Below are positions 24,035-36,850 of a stretch of DNA of 64,000 nucleotides, in pieces. Position 1 is the first letter of the stretch. Each line of letters begins with the position of its first letter. The notes under the pieces are model-generated. The model was not told where the DNA came from. It ran no database searches and was given only the letters and a program-made list of their open reading frames with translations. Made by a program: the position numbers and the translations under genes. Origin of the DNA: Chiloscyllium plagiosum. Lineage: Eukaryota. The stretch lies in contig NC_057719.1 in assembly GCF_004010195.1 (NCBI RefSeq), positions 83,274,027-83,338,026 on the forward strand, given 5' to 3'.

Positions 24035-24340
24035 CTGACACGGTGGCTCAGTGGTTAGCACTGCTGCCTCACAGCGCTAAGGACTTAGGTTCGATTCCAG
24101 CCTCTGGCAACCGTCTGTGTGGAGCTTACACATTGTCTGTGTGGGTTTCCTCCCATAGTCCATGGATGTGCAGGTTAGGTGGATTGGCCATGCTATAGTG
24201 TCCAGGGGTGTGCAGGTTCAGTGGGTTAGCGATGGCAAATGTGGGGTCATAGGGTGGGGATGTGAGACTGGGTGGGATGCTCTTTGGAGGGTCGGTGTGG
24301 ACTCGATGGGCTGAATAGCCTGCTTCCACAATGTAGGGAT
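24035..24340 (+). mobile_element. HE1-type SINE
   Basis: CACGGTGGCTCAGTGGTTAGCACTGCTGCCTCACAGC head. Confidence 0.9.
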
Positions 24341-24709
24341 TTGGTGGATTTTAACAAGAATAGCAGAATTCTGCCTGAGGTCTCCTGGTGAATATTTATC
24401 TCTCAAGCAAAATCACGTGAAGTGAATTGTCTGATTGGTATCATAGCGGTGGGATCTTGCTGCTCACAAATTGGCTGCTGGGTTTCCTACATTGACCACC
24501 CTTCCAAAATATCTGCATCTGATTTCCTGATATTACAAAAGTTGCTTTGTGTTTTGACTCTGAAGTGAGGGCTATAACTGAATCACAAGGCAAACTTTAC
24601 CTTTCCCCGCAACCCCATCTGCCTCCCTCTTAGATCTCTGCTGAAGGTGTTCTGTCCAATTCAGGCTATTGCACTTTAGGGGGTGAAGAGACTTACTGTG
24701 CCGGCGTTC

Positions 24710-25138
24710 GAGAGGTTGAGCTACAGGGACAGGATGATGCTGTTTTCCCTGGAGCATCAGAAGCTGAGGGGAAACCTTACAGAGGTTTACAAACTCGTGA
24801 GGGGCATGGATAGGGTGAATAGACAATGACTTTTTTCCAGGATAGGGGAGTCCAAAACGAAAGGGCATAGGTTTAAGAAGAGAGGGAAAGATTTAGAAAG
24901 GACCTAAGGGGCAGCTTTTTCACCCAGAGGGTGGTGTGTGTATGTAACGAGCTGCCAGAGGAAATGGTGGAGGCTGGTACAATTACAACATTTGAAAGGC
25001 ATCTGGTTGGGTATATGAACAGGAAGGGTTTGGAGGGATTTGGACCAAATGTTGGCCAATGGGACTAGATTAATTTCGGATATCTGGTTGGAATGGATGA
25101 GTTGGACTGGAGGGTCTGTTTCCATGTTGTATGACTCT
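24710..25138 (+). mobile_element. CR1/HER1 LINE 3' end
   Basis: TTTTCCCTGGAG...AGAGGTTTACAAA...GGGTCTGTTTCCATGTTGTATGACTCT. Confidence 0.88.
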
Positions 25139-25142
25139 TGGG

Positions 25143-25425
25143 GTGGGACGGTGGCTCAGTGGTTAGCACTGTTGCCTCACAGCACCAGGGTCCCAGGTTC
25201 GATTCTAGCCTTAGGTGACTGTATGTGTGGAGTTTGCACATTCTCCCCATGTCTGCGTAGGTTTCCTCCCACAGTCCAAAGATGTGCAGGTCAGGTGAAT
25301 TGGTTATGCTAAATTGCTCCGTAGTGTGAGGTGCATTAGTCAGAGAGAAGTGGGTTCCTGTCTGGAGGTTTGGTGTGGACTTGTTGGGCTGAAGGGCCTG
25401 TTTCCACACTGTGGCGAATCTAATC
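25143..25425 (+). mobile_element. HE1-type SINE
   Basis: Head with GGTTCGATTC B-box, core, and GGCCTGTTTCCACACTG...ATCTAATCT tail. Confidence 0.9.
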
Positions 25426-25827
25426 TGTAACTCTTAAGAGCCTGAAACGTAAGATTGTTTTTCACTCACGACCTGCTGATCATTTCCAGCATTTTTTTTT
25501 TGTTGACAGGAGACTGGGGCTGCAGAGCATGTGGGGCTGCAATTGAATCTTCAGGAGCAGGACGCTCGGTGACCAGAGTCAAATTGATTAGCCCCAGGAT
25601 CAGCAGGAATTTGTTTTTAACACAGTGAGTAGTGGGAGTACTGGAAGTGTGCTGCACCTGAGAGTTGCAATGACAATTTTAATTGGGGGGGGGGGGGCAT
25701 TGAATAAAGTAGTGGAAAATGCAGCTCTTCAGATACAGGGGAGAGAGGGAAGGACTTGCTCGGTCATTAATTAGCAGTGTCCTCCTTGTGAAACACTATG
25801 ATCGATGAGAGTGACAAAGTCATGGAG

Positions 25828-26327
25828 NNNNNNNNNNNNNNNNNNNNNNNNNNNNNNNNNNNNNNNNNNNNNNNNNNNNNNNNNNNNNNNNNNNNNNNNN
25901 NNNNNNNNNNNNNNNNNNNNNNNNNNNNNNNNNNNNNNNNNNNNNNNNNNNNNNNNNNNNNNNNNNNNNNNNNNNNNNNNNNNNNNNNNNNNNNNNNNNN
26001 NNNNNNNNNNNNNNNNNNNNNNNNNNNNNNNNNNNNNNNNNNNNNNNNNNNNNNNNNNNNNNNNNNNNNNNNNNNNNNNNNNNNNNNNNNNNNNNNNNNN
26101 NNNNNNNNNNNNNNNNNNNNNNNNNNNNNNNNNNNNNNNNNNNNNNNNNNNNNNNNNNNNNNNNNNNNNNNNNNNNNNNNNNNNNNNNNNNNNNNNNNNN
26201 NNNNNNNNNNNNNNNNNNNNNNNNNNNNNNNNNNNNNNNNNNNNNNNNNNNNNNNNNNNNNNNNNNNNNNNNNNNNNNNNNNNNNNNNNNNNNNNNNNNN
26301 NNNNNNNNNNNNNNNNNNNNNNNNNNN
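25828..26327. other. Assembly gap (500 N)
   Basis: N run; the round size suggests a scaffolding placeholder, so contiguity across it is not guaranteed. Confidence 0.99.
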
Positions 26328-26445
26328 ACAGAGATAGGGAGTGGTGTAAGGATTGAGGAGGTGACACAGATATGGAGGGATTTCGAGATGGAGGAGGTTA
26401 CACAGATAGGGAGTGTCTGAAGTAGTCCGGAGACACAGATGAGAA
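26328..26445. repeat. End of degenerate ~35-bp purine-rich minisatellite abutting the gap
   Basis: Repeated GAGGAGGT(T/G)ACACAGATA(G/T)GGAG units. Confidence 0.55.
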
Positions 26446-27549
26446 TAATTTCTGCTCTGAATGCTGTCTCCCAAAGAACTGCAGGTCAGTGAAGAGAAGA
26501 TGGAGGCATAGGTGGTTTCTGGGTTTAACACTGTGTGCCTGGTTCCATACCTGCTGTTGTGAGTGGAGCTTATCATGGTATTCCTGATAGGTAGGCCCAG
26601 TTGGGTACTGAAGCCCTTGCCTGGCATCCACACCTATTCTGAACTGAGGTCAGTGGGCTATCATGAAGCGATCACAATTGATCCTGAGATGGGAAAGTGT
26701 AAGACCCCGTCATTCTAATCATTACCAAGTAACCACTCCCCTCCCCCCACATCTCCATCCCCACCCCGACCCCTCGCGAAGTACAGGGACAGGCCCAAGG
26801 ATGTGGGAAAGGTACAGAGCTGGAGTGTGATGCCTTGGACGATCAGATGGCCTGACCCTCCAGGCCCAGTTCGGACGTAAGAACCACAGTGGAGAGCCAC
26901 CAATTTGGTAATAAATCTGAACAAGTCAGTCTCTTCAGGAAAGTGGAGGAGAAAATGGACATTATTCTCCACAAAACAAGCCCTCCCTGAGTGTTCCATT
27001 GAGATCTCAAAGGAAGAGTTAGCATGAGTTCTACTGCAGACTGAACGTTAGGAGAAACTCCAACAGTGAGTGACTCGATGACGGTACTCAGTGAGTGTGA
27101 TTGAACGATTAAACCCAGTATCTTATCGGATGAGATGGTTGGTCATTTTCAATGTGTTTAACCAACACTGTTTTACCTCAGAAATTATATCAATGCGTAG
27201 GGGAAGCTGTATTCTGTGAAACTGCAAGAGAGGAAAGTAGTTCCATTTGTATACCGCCTTACCGCCAATTGAGTAATTTGGAAAAGTAGTCCCTGTGGTA
27301 GTCTATTAATCATGGGCCAAACACGTGCAAATGAGACTCGTTCATTTCGAAAACCTGGTTGGCATGGATGAGTTGGGCCGAAGGGTCTGTTTCTGTGCTG
27401 CAGCACACTATGAGAAAAGTAAGGATAGTATGCTTCAGTTTTACAGAGTATTGGTGAGACTACATCTCGAATACAGTTTTGGTCTCCTCATGCAAGGGAC
27501 GATGTTCGAGGTAGCTGAGAAGATTCATATGTTTGTGTGAATGGATGAA

Positions 27550-28270
27550 CAAATGATGATTTATCGTCGCTTGTATCTACAATGAACAACACAGTAGAAT
27601 GGGGTGAAAACCTTCAAATGTCACCATAAGCTGTTGCCATTTGTATATTTTAAGAATGAGAAGACAAAACTTCCTTCTGAGCCCTGAGCCAGCTGACCAA
27701 CAGCACTGAATGGAAGCCTGCTCTGTACCCAACAACATCGGAGTCACCACGTTTCAGGCCCACCTCGGCGACAGGCCACTGATGCCCAGGTCCCCATGCT
27801 GGACCTGCACTCGCCCCACAACCAGGAGCCCCGCCCTGACCACCCCTCCCCATGAGTTTTTCATTGCCACCGTTGCCTTGACGACAACCAGGTGACCCCA
27901 GCTCCAGGCCTGCCAGAGCCAGGCACTGCTGCTACTGCCACCTTGCTGGTGACCAGCAGGCTCTATTTCGGGCCTACCACAACCAGGGGGCCCTGGCTCT
28001 GCTGCCACAGGCTTAGGCCACCACCTTGCCAATGCCTTGAGTTCCCACTCCAGGCCTACCACAGCCAGAAGTCCCCTACCTCACTAAAAGTCCCCATTCG
28101 GCCGCTCCTCTCCTGGAGACTTCACCTTCTCCACCGTTCCGACAAGTAGAAGATGAAGAAAAAGAAAGAAGACAATAAGGGTAAGGAAAGAAGGAAGGAA
28201 GCAGCCAATCTGGAGTGAATAGGCCCAGGAGCCCAAACATGGCCTACTTTGCCAGGACGCCATCTTGAGC
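27550..28270 (-). mobile_element. Non-coding element starting CAAGATGGCG (same architecture as 62503-63355)
   Basis: - strand: CAAGATGGCGTCC, CT-rich tract, GC-rich middle, then GGTGACATTTGAAGGTTTTCAC...GACGATAAA tail. Confidence 0.55.
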
Positions 28271-28799
28271 ATGTACTGCACCAGATCACTTGAAATGTCC
28301 ATCTTGGTGGTATCTCACCTTCAAAGATAAATGCAAAGCGAATACTTTCCCGTCGGTACAGTCCTGAGTGCTGCCTAAATCCCCGAGTGGTGGTGTTGTA
28401 CTCTTTTGTACAAACGAGTGAAGCCTCATAAAGGAAAAGACCTAAACGACAGCTCGTCTCTTGATAATGCCCCATGATTTCTTCTGGGTCCTGCTGCGTT
28501 CGGGCAATTTGTCTTCAATTCCCAGGACTCCAGGGCAATCCTGGTGGAATGGCAATGCAAGGTGAGGGAACGAAATCTTTTGACTGAGTATGAGTCCTGA
28601 CCAGGGGAGATTCAGGATTGTGATTCCTTCCAAGGCCAAATAGTCTGAGGACAATCAAAGTCTTCTCTTTGGTCAGCCTGTTTACAGTTGGGAAAGCCAT
28701 AGGTATTGGAGTTGGGATGAGGGGTGTTATAATGGATGATAAGTTGATTGTATTCCCAGTGAATTCCCAAATTCTGCTCTTTTGATCCCACATGCTTGA

Positions 28800-29050
28800 A
28801 TCATAGAATCCCTACAGTGCAGAAACAGGCTATTCGGCCCAACAAGTCCATACCTCTGAAGAGTAACCAATCCCGACCCATTCCCCTACCCTGTTACTCT
28901 ACATTTACTCCTGACTAATGCATCTAACCTGCACATCCCTGAAGACTACTGGCAATTTAGCACGGCCCGTTCACCTAACCGGCACATCTTTGAATTGTGG
29001 GAGAAAACTGGAGCATCCTGAGGAAACCCACACAGACACGGGAAGAATGG
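28800..29050 (-). mobile_element. 5'-truncated HE1-type SINE
   Basis: TCATAGAATCCCTACAGTG tail; GAGGAAACCCACACAGACACGGG core. Confidence 0.8.
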
Positions 29051-29973
29051 TTTGGGGCCTTGTAAGAGATATTGAAGTCGGAAACCTTGGGACAGTGTTA
29101 ACTGTGAAGCCAACTTCTGAACTGACAGGACGTAGGGGTCAGACTAGGGGCTGCTGACACTGGGCTGCAGAGGTGGATAGAAAAGACAGAGACTATGATA
29201 TGGGAGAGGTTGTTCAGGAGGAGGGGGAGATCTGAAAGAGTTGGGGGGAGCATGTGGTTAGCAGGAAGGGAGTGATCTGGAGTGGAGGATGAGATTGACA
29301 GAGAGAGAGAGAGAGAGAGAATCTCTGGGAAGGAAGAGATGATCGAGAGATGGGATAGGAAGGGAGCAGGTCATCCTGAGGGAAGTGGAGATCAGGGAAG
29401 GGGACAATCAGGAGGGAGGCTCCATCCAAGTTCACTTGCAGCTGTTTATGAATGAAGAACATTCTTGGCAGTGTCTTTAAGGAGCTTTCATTGAGCTCAT
29501 CCAGACCCAATTGTGTTCAGGGTTTGGTGAGGGGACACTACCACGCCAGCCTTACCCACATGGCTGGCATAAGCAGGGTGGGCCAAAGGGTCTCCAATCC
29601 AAGCAGTCAATCTCCCGACATTCCCGATGTGGAGTGGCATGCTCCTGGCCCAGAGTGTGAGTTCTCATTGCTGTCCACTGGGAAGGCTGGTCAGGGCTGG
29701 CTCCACTGTCAAGACAACCAAGGCAGGGAACACGGGCACGAGCTTCGATAAGCTACGCTGGCACGCTCAGAGGTTGGCACAGCATGGTGACTCAGACTCA
29801 TCGCATCCTCCCTAATCCACAGTGCTAGAAGCCAATCCTAAGGTCCACTCTGCTGCCCCTTCACGTCAATGAAAATTAATCCCATTTAAAGAAAACCTTC
29901 CAAATCCAATTCCAAGCCTGGGCATTAAAGAATTGCTGCCAGCCCTTTTATGCCCGCTGTGCGATGGAAGTGA

Positions 29974-30015
29974 CTAACCCTTAACCCTAACCCTAACCTT
30001 AACCCTAACCCTAAC
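29974..30015. repeat. Short interstitial telomeric-type array (CCCTAA)n, degenerate
   Basis: CTAACCCTTAACCCTAACCCTAACCTTAACCCTAACCCTAAC. Confidence 0.85.
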
Positions 30016-31390
30016 TCTTGACTCCTGGGCCTGAGCATATGATCCTGAAGCGTGGTGGGACGGTGAGACCAAATGTCTTCATTGACCGTACGTGTCCACT
30101 TTGGCCAGGCCCAAAGGCACTCTCTGATCTGCCCCCTGTACTGGGAAGGTGGTGTTGGGAGGGAGGTGGGACATGGTTTACTCCCAGTACAGGAGCCTTG
30201 AACCGATCCACAGCAAGACATGGAGGAGCGACCCCCTCACAACGTCGAAGACGGCATCCCACATGTACACAGGTCGGGATTAGAGCAGTTAGGTGGTTGG
30301 CGCAGATCCGATGGGCTGAAGGGCCTCACTGTGCACTATAGGCCTCTGCGATTCCACACCATGTCAGGTAAAAGAAACCTTGGAGCCCGTGAATCCCCTC
30401 GCTGGCTCATTTCGTGTGAGTGCTGACACACTTGACACCAAGTGCCCACCACTGGGTACTACCTCCTCCTCTGAAGAAGGTGGTATATCGGGCTGCATCT
30501 GGACAGGGGGGGTGGGAATTACATGAGAGCAGATTCCTGCAGGACCAGACGGTAACAGGACAACAGAGGCCTCTCCCGGCCACAGCACAGCTCGGGCTTG
30601 GGGGCTGATGGGAAATTGGTGTGAAGTTGGGGGGGACCTTTGATGGGAAGGTATTGTCTCCACACTTCCCGGTGGAGTCAGGGCCTAATCTAGCATTGAG
30701 GGTCTCAGTAGTCAGCGCAGCATCGAGGGCCGAAGGGCCTGTACTGTGCTGGAATGTTCGATGGATTTAGCTGTGAGCCCTCAGCAGCACTGATAATTGC
30801 CAATGACAACTCAAAGCCCTCTGGCTATCTGACAGCGTTGCCATAGATACAGCAATGTGGGGAGTCCAAAAATTGAAGCTGGCTCTCTCGGGGCTGAACA
30901 TCAGGAGACGCATCTTCCCATAGTCAGTACTGGGAGTTCAGAACTCTCAAGCCGGTGAGGCTGGGCTGGGCTAATTCTAATTCTGGATCAGTGGTGCTGG
31001 AAGAGCACAGCAGTTCGGGCAGCATCCTAGGAGCTTCGAAATCGACGTTTTGGGCAAAAGCCCTTCATCAGGAATAAAGGCAGAGAGCCTGAAGCGTGGA
31101 GAGATAAGCTAGAGGAGGGTGGGGGTGGGGAGAAAGTAGCATAGAGTACAATGGGTGACTACCTGGTCAGGTCCACGCCCCCCTACAACCCACCCTCCCA
31201 TCCTGGCACCTTCCCCTGCCACCGCTGGAACTGTAAAACCTGCACCCACACCTCCTCCCTCACCTCTATCCAAGGCCCTAAAGGAGCCTTCCACATCCAT
31301 CAAAGTTTTACCTGCACATCCACTAATATCATTTATTGTATCCGTTGCTCCCGATGCGGTCTCCTCTACCTTGGGGAGACTGGGCGCCTC

Positions 31391-31501
31391 NNNNNNNNNN
31401 NNNNNNNNNNNNNNNNNNNNNNNNNNNNNNNNNNNNNNNNNNNNNNNNNNNNNNNNNNNNNNNNNNNNNNNNNNNNNNNNNNNNNNNNNNNNNNNNNNNN
31501 N
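31391..31501. other. Assembly gap (111 N), probably a false or negative gap
   Basis: Flanks overlap (GAGACTGGGCGCCTC | AGAGTGGGCGCCTC) and the peptide continues GETGRL-LAERFREH. Confidence 0.85.
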
Positions 31502-31979
31502 AGAGTGGGCGCCTCCTAGCAGAGCGCTTTAGGGAACATCTCTGAGACACCCGCACCAATCAACCAAATCGCCCCGTGGCTCAACATTTCAACTCCCCCT
31601 CCCATTCTGCCGAGGATATGGAGGTGCTGGGCCTCCTCCACCTCCGCTCCCTCACCACCAGACGCCTGGAGGAAGAACGCCTCATCTTCCGCCTCGGAAC
31701 ACTTCAACCCCAGGGCATCAATGTGGACTTCAACAGTTTCCTCATTTCCCCTTCCCCAACCTCACCCTAGTTCCAAATTTCCAGCTCAGTACTGTCCCCA
31801 TGACTTGTCCGGACTTGTCCTACCTGCCTATCTCCTTTTCCACCTATCCACTCCACCCTCTCCTCCCTGACCTATCACCTTCATCCCCTCCCCCACTCAC
31901 CCATTGTACTCTATGCTACTTTCTCCCCACTCCCACCCTCCTCCAGCTTATCTCTCCATGCTCCAGGCTCACTGCCTTT

Positions 31980-32015
31980 ATTCCTGATGAAGGGCTTTTG
32001 CCCGAAACGTCGATT
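31980..32015 (+). ncRNA. Minimal hammerhead ribozyme motif, intact core
   Basis: ATTC-CTGATGA-A-GGGC-TTTT-GCCC-GAAA-C-GTC-GATT; CTGATGA at 31984-31990, GAAA at 32004-32007. Confidence 0.75.
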
Positions 32016-32749
32016 TCGAAGCTCCTTGGATGCTGCCTGAACTGCTGTGCTCTTCCAGCACCACTAATCCAGCATCTGCAGTCTTTGTTTTTACCTGGGC
32101 TAATTCTAATCTCTCCTCAGGCCCAGGAAGCATTGAACTGAGGGGTGTAAATGGAGTCCACATTGTAGCTGAACAGGAGGATGGGGCCTGAATGGATTGA
32201 CCAAACTGGATTGCAGCTGTTCAAGAAGGCACCTCACTAGCACCTCCTCATGGCTAACCAGGGACAAGCAATAATTCCTGGCCCAGCCAACAATGCCCAG
32301 ATCCCACGAGTGAATTTTAAGAGATCGAGAGTTCCTAAAGACAAGAACAAGACTGTCACAGATAGTAAGGCAGCTCATGAATTTTGATGATGATTAACAT
32401 ATTTTCCTCAGTTCCACTTTTTCCGAACAGTGATCAAATCTGGGAGACTAGTTCCAGGTTTCTGACTGTACAATATAAATTGGAACACTTGCATGGTGGA
32501 CGCAGGGTAGTCATAGAGGGGCAATGCCAAATGTCCTGTTTTTTAGATAAAAACACTTCACATCAGTGTAACATTCAGCTGTGCCGGATGTGTTGGAGTT
32601 CTCTGGTGTCCTGACCAGGGAAACTGCCTCTTGAAATCAGATTAACTCATACCCTCAAACACTAAGCCAAAACCTTCTTTTGTTGATATTACCTGACGAT
32701 GCATAGAATACAGCTAACTGTCCCCTTCCCTGTTGCCTCACAGCATCTG

Positions 32750-33435
32750 CAGCTCAGCATCCACCGCAAAGTGTCTGCGCTGAAGCTGCACATTTCAAAG
32801 CCTTACCACAGGCAGACAGAAATGCACCATGGAAAGTTTCCGACCCGGATGCATCACAACCTGGTACAGCAACCGCTCTGCCCAAGACCTCACGAAAGTA
32901 CAGGGAGCTGTCAAAACAGCCCAGCCCATCACAGAAACCAACCCTCCTACCATTGACTCCATCTACACTTCCCACTGCCTTGGGAAAGCAGCCAACATCA
33001 TCAAAGACCTCTCCCGATCCGCTTATACCCTTTTCCACCCTCTTCCGTCGGGCAGAAGATACAGAAGTGTGAAAATGAATACTAACAGATTCAAGAACAG
33101 CTTCTTCCTCGCTGTTATCCCCTAATGAATGGACCTTTCAGACTAGAGTTGATCTTTCTCTGCATCTTCCCTGTAGCTGTGACACTATATTCTGCATCCT
33201 GTTCTATTGCCCTGATTATTTATGTAATGATGTGGAGGAGCCGTTGTTGGACTGGGGTAGACTGAGTTAAAATTCACACAACACCGAAAGCCAGTGCTTC
33301 CAAATAAACCTGTTGGAGCATAACCTGATGTTGTGTGATTTTTAACTTTGTACATCTATAAGGTATGATTTGTCTGGTTAACAAGCAAAACAATACTTTT
33401 CACTGAATCACATGACAATAATAAATCAAACCAAA
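32750..33435 (+). mobile_element. Rex1/Babar-type LINE 3' end with nested PLE family-B fragment (~33229-33352)
   Basis: ORF 32829-33125 GCITTWYSNRSAQD...KAANIIKD...LFHPLPSGRRYRSVKMNTNRFKNSFF matches the Rex1 ORF C-terminus; tail TTTTCACTG...CATGACAATAATAAATCAAA. Confidence 0.85.
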
Positions 33436-33989
33436 ATTTATAATCAGGTGTGCTTTGCTCTGGATTGCAGTTGTCCAAGAAGACAGCTCAATAGCACTTC
33501 CTCATGGCCAACCAGGGACGAGCAACAATTCCTGGCCCAGCCAACAATGGCCATGTCCCTCCCACAAGTGAATTTTAAGAAATCAAGAGCTCCTAAGGAC
33601 TAGAACAAGATTGTCACAGATTGTAAGGCAGCTCATGAATCCAGACCCTCCAATTCACTCTTCATCCTCAGTCATCATCTTCATTTCAGTAAATATCCTT
33701 CAAGTTACTGCATCAATAAATTTGGGTGATTCAGATACAAATGGCAAACTTCCAGAAATCTGAACAGAGTGCAGTGTATGTGGGACAGCTCCATAGGCAG
33801 CTATGAGCATTTTCCTTCTTTACAACACTCTCTCTGGTCTCAGCCCTCCATCCCTCCCTCTCCTCCAGTACTATAACTCGTTGAGATCTCTGCCAACCCC
33901 CAATTATAGCTTTTTGGTTTTTACTGTTTCAACACAAGAGGACTGTGCCTTCAGGTGCTAAGCTCTGGAATTTGCTTCATAACAAACTC

Positions 33990-34528
33990 TTAGAAACCCT
34001 ACAGTAAGGAGGCAGGCCATTTGGCCCATCAACCCCCTCTGAGGAACACCCAGATCCATCCCCTCTACCCAGTTCCTATAACCCTGTGTTTCCCATGGCT
34101 AATCAACCTAAGCTGCACATCTTTGGGCTGTGGGAGGAAACCAGAGCACACCCACACAGACACGGGAAGACTGCCTGTGTGGAGTTTGTATATTTTCCCC
34201 AGGTCTGCGTGGGTTTCCTCCGGGTGCTCCGGTTTCCTCCCACAGTCCAAAGATGTGCAGATTAGGTGGTTTGGCTGAACTAAATTGCCCCATAGCGTCC
34301 AGGGATGCGTGGGTTAGGTGCATTAGGTCGGAGGATATATCTGGGTGAAACACTCTTCAGAAGGTCAGTGTGGATTTATTTGGGTGGAATGGCCTGTTTC
34401 CACAGTGTGGGGATTGTATTCTATATAACGTGCAAACTGCACACAGACAGTCACCCAAGGCTGGAATCGAACCCGGGTCCCTGGTGCTGTGAGGCAGCAG
34501 TGCTGACCACTGAGCCACCATGCTGCCC
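33990..34528. mobile_element. HE1 SINE (- strand) interrupted by an opposite-orientation HE1 piece (~34170-34422)
   Basis: - strand tail/core at 33990-34168, + strand core/tail at 34170-34422, - strand head at 34430-34528. Confidence 0.8.
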
Positions 34529-35409
34529 CAACCTTGCTCTCAACCACACTCCCCCGGTCCACTTCATGTCTATCCTGCTTGCCAAGCTTTGGCACCATAC
34601 CCAATATCTCCTAATGTGGCAGATCTCACTCCTGTCAAGAACTATATCGCGGTTGTCACACAAATGTAGGTTGTTGTTGTAATCAGCTGGTAGGATGGGG
34701 TTTGAGGCTTTGTTGGGGGGGGGGGTGAGGGGGGGGTTCCCAAATGTACCTCTCCAGTCACATTGAATATTGTCTCAGTATTTGTCAATGTAAATTGCTT
34801 ATCTGAATGTTAGTCCAGCAAACAGAGGAGATGTAACAATCGATGGAGCGATTGGGAGGGAGGGTAGCACATTAACAACACAAAGTACTGCACAGTGGAC
34901 AGCCAGTTATGTACCTCCCCCACTCCCACAGTATATAAGATCCATGTCAATGTTCAAGTGGGAATGACCCCATATCAGGTACAGAGTCGGACAGGACGTT
35001 GTTTCTGTAACCAGGGAAACGCCAACTTGGCTGAGCCATCACATGTTGCTTGGCCACATGGGACCCCACAGAGCTGTAAGGTCATCACCCATCTTCAGAG
35101 TGAGTGGTAGCGTCCCTCCCTCTGAGCATGGAGGCCCTGGGTTCAAGTTCCCACCTGCTCCTGAAGGTGCGCTGTAACTTCTTCGAACTGGTTGATCCGA
35201 TGATGTCAAGGGTGGGAACACTCCACTTTGACCTTTAAACCCTACAGGAGCGGAAACTCCATTTGGGTTGTTAACTTGGCCCAACGGCTGTGGGAACGGT
35301 TCTGTTTCCTACGGCCCATCACCGTCAGAGACCGGCACCAGGGCCTTGAATTCTCCCACCTGTTCAAAATGAATTCGAAACCTCAACACCTGCTCGAATT
35401 GGCAAGACT

Positions 35410-35630
35410 TGGTTATCTCATGGAGTTGTTGGTCCAACCAATCTATGCCGAGCATAATCCCAAACTAATCTAGTCCCACCTGCCTGCTCCTGGCCCATAC
35501 CCCTCCTAACCTTTCCTATTCAGGTATTATTCCAACTGAGTTTTAAACGTTATAACTATACCCACATCCACCACTTCCTCAGGAAGTGCATTCCACACAC
35601 GAACCACCCTCTGTGTCAAAACATTTGCCC
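35410..35630 (-). mobile_element. CR1/HER1 LINE 3' end
   Basis: TQRVVRVWNALPEEVV in ORF 35527-35709(-); CTAGTCCCACCTGCC antisense tail. Confidence 0.8.
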
Positions 35631-36006
35631 CCCCAAATCTCTCTCCTTTCACCATCATAAACGTGACCTGTGCAGAGTGTGTTAGTAACTGAACAAAACT
35701 GCACTCCATTTATATTAATTCTACACAAATTATTCCTGGGACAGAAATTCCCGACTCCGAGTGGAATGATGACTTTGAACGTTTAAAAAGCCCTGGGGTT
35801 ATTGAGTAGTGGGAGACAGAAACAATAGGAAATGAGTGTTTGGTAGTGACAGCCCTAGTTGGAGGCTCTGCCCTCCAGTGTAAATGTGCTATGATGATAT
35901 CACTCAATGATAAGTGGGCGTTAGAACTAACTGCTCTGGCACTGAATACCTGAGGCTGTTTCTCACACCGTAAACATTGTTCCAATGAACATTTATGAGG
36001 CAATCG

Positions 36007-36151
36007 CACACACACACACTCACACACACACACAGACACTCACACACACACACTCACACACAGACACACACACACACACACACACACAGACACACACACA
36101 CACACACAGACACACACACACACACTCACACACTCACACACACACACACAC
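36007..36151. repeat. Interrupted (CA)n microsatellite, ~145 bp
   Basis: CA repeats with CT/GA interruptions. Confidence 0.98.
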
Positions 36152-36514
36152 AGGAGGATCTCAACATTGTTGAAGGATTGCATTCTAAGCGCTTGCAGAG
36201 TGGCATGTTTGGGAAATGGAGGCCTTTGCACATTGTTCTACCGTGGAGGGGGGGAGGGGGGGAGGGTTCTGCTGTTTCACAGGCACAGTCAGGAGGCTGG
36301 AGGAGGTTCTCGTCCAGAGTCTGTCTAGGTGCAAACTGACCCTCACTGGCTGGCCACCCCAATCCTGAGGCCAAATCTTCAAAGTGCATCTCCTAACATA
36401 ATCGAGACTGGAACTCACTGCCGTACCATCTGAGATGTTGTCTTTTAAGTGAAAACTCAACCAGAATGGCAGGATTGTTACCCAATGCCAATCTCCTCTC
36501 TTTCCACCTGGTGG

Positions 36515-36850
36515 TAAGATGGCTCAGTGGTTAGCACTGCTGCCTCACAGCACAAAGGTCCCAGGTTCAATTCCAGCTTCAGGTGACTGTCTGTACGGAG
36601 TTTGGACGTTTGCCCTGTGTCTGCGTGGGTTTCCTCCGGGTGCTCTGACACCTTCCCACAGTCACAAATGATGTGCAGGTCAGGTGGGTTGGCCACAGGA
36701 CATTGCTCATAGAGTCCAAAGATTAGGTGGGTTAGCTATGGGCAAATGTAAGGTTGTGGGAATGGGGGTGGGTCTGGGTAGGATGCTCTTCAGAGGGTCA
36801 GTGTCGACTCGATGGGCTAAATGGCCAGCTTCCATGCTGTAGTGATTCTC
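36515..36850 (+). mobile_element. HE1-type SINE
   Basis: Head, core and tail motifs. Confidence 0.88.

Larger units (their letters stand above)
30982..32094 (+). mobile_element. 5'-truncated Penelope-like retroelement with GIY-YIG endonuclease remnant and inverted terminal repeat
   Basis: FPCHRWNCKTC...FTCTSTNIIYCIRCSRCGLLYLGETGRL / AERFREHL*...VAQHFNSPSHS...RRLEEERLIFRLGTLQPQGIN; 30982-31155 is the inverted copy of ~31900-32072; 16-bp TSD CTGGGCTAATTCTAAT at 30966-30981 and 32095-32110. Confidence 0.92.

Noticed and set aside
25767..26633. Longest ORFs in the track (179-288 aa)
   Set aside because: Artefacts of translating through the 500-N gap.
35985..36339. His/Thr-repeat ORFs
   Set aside because: Translation of the (CA)n microsatellite.
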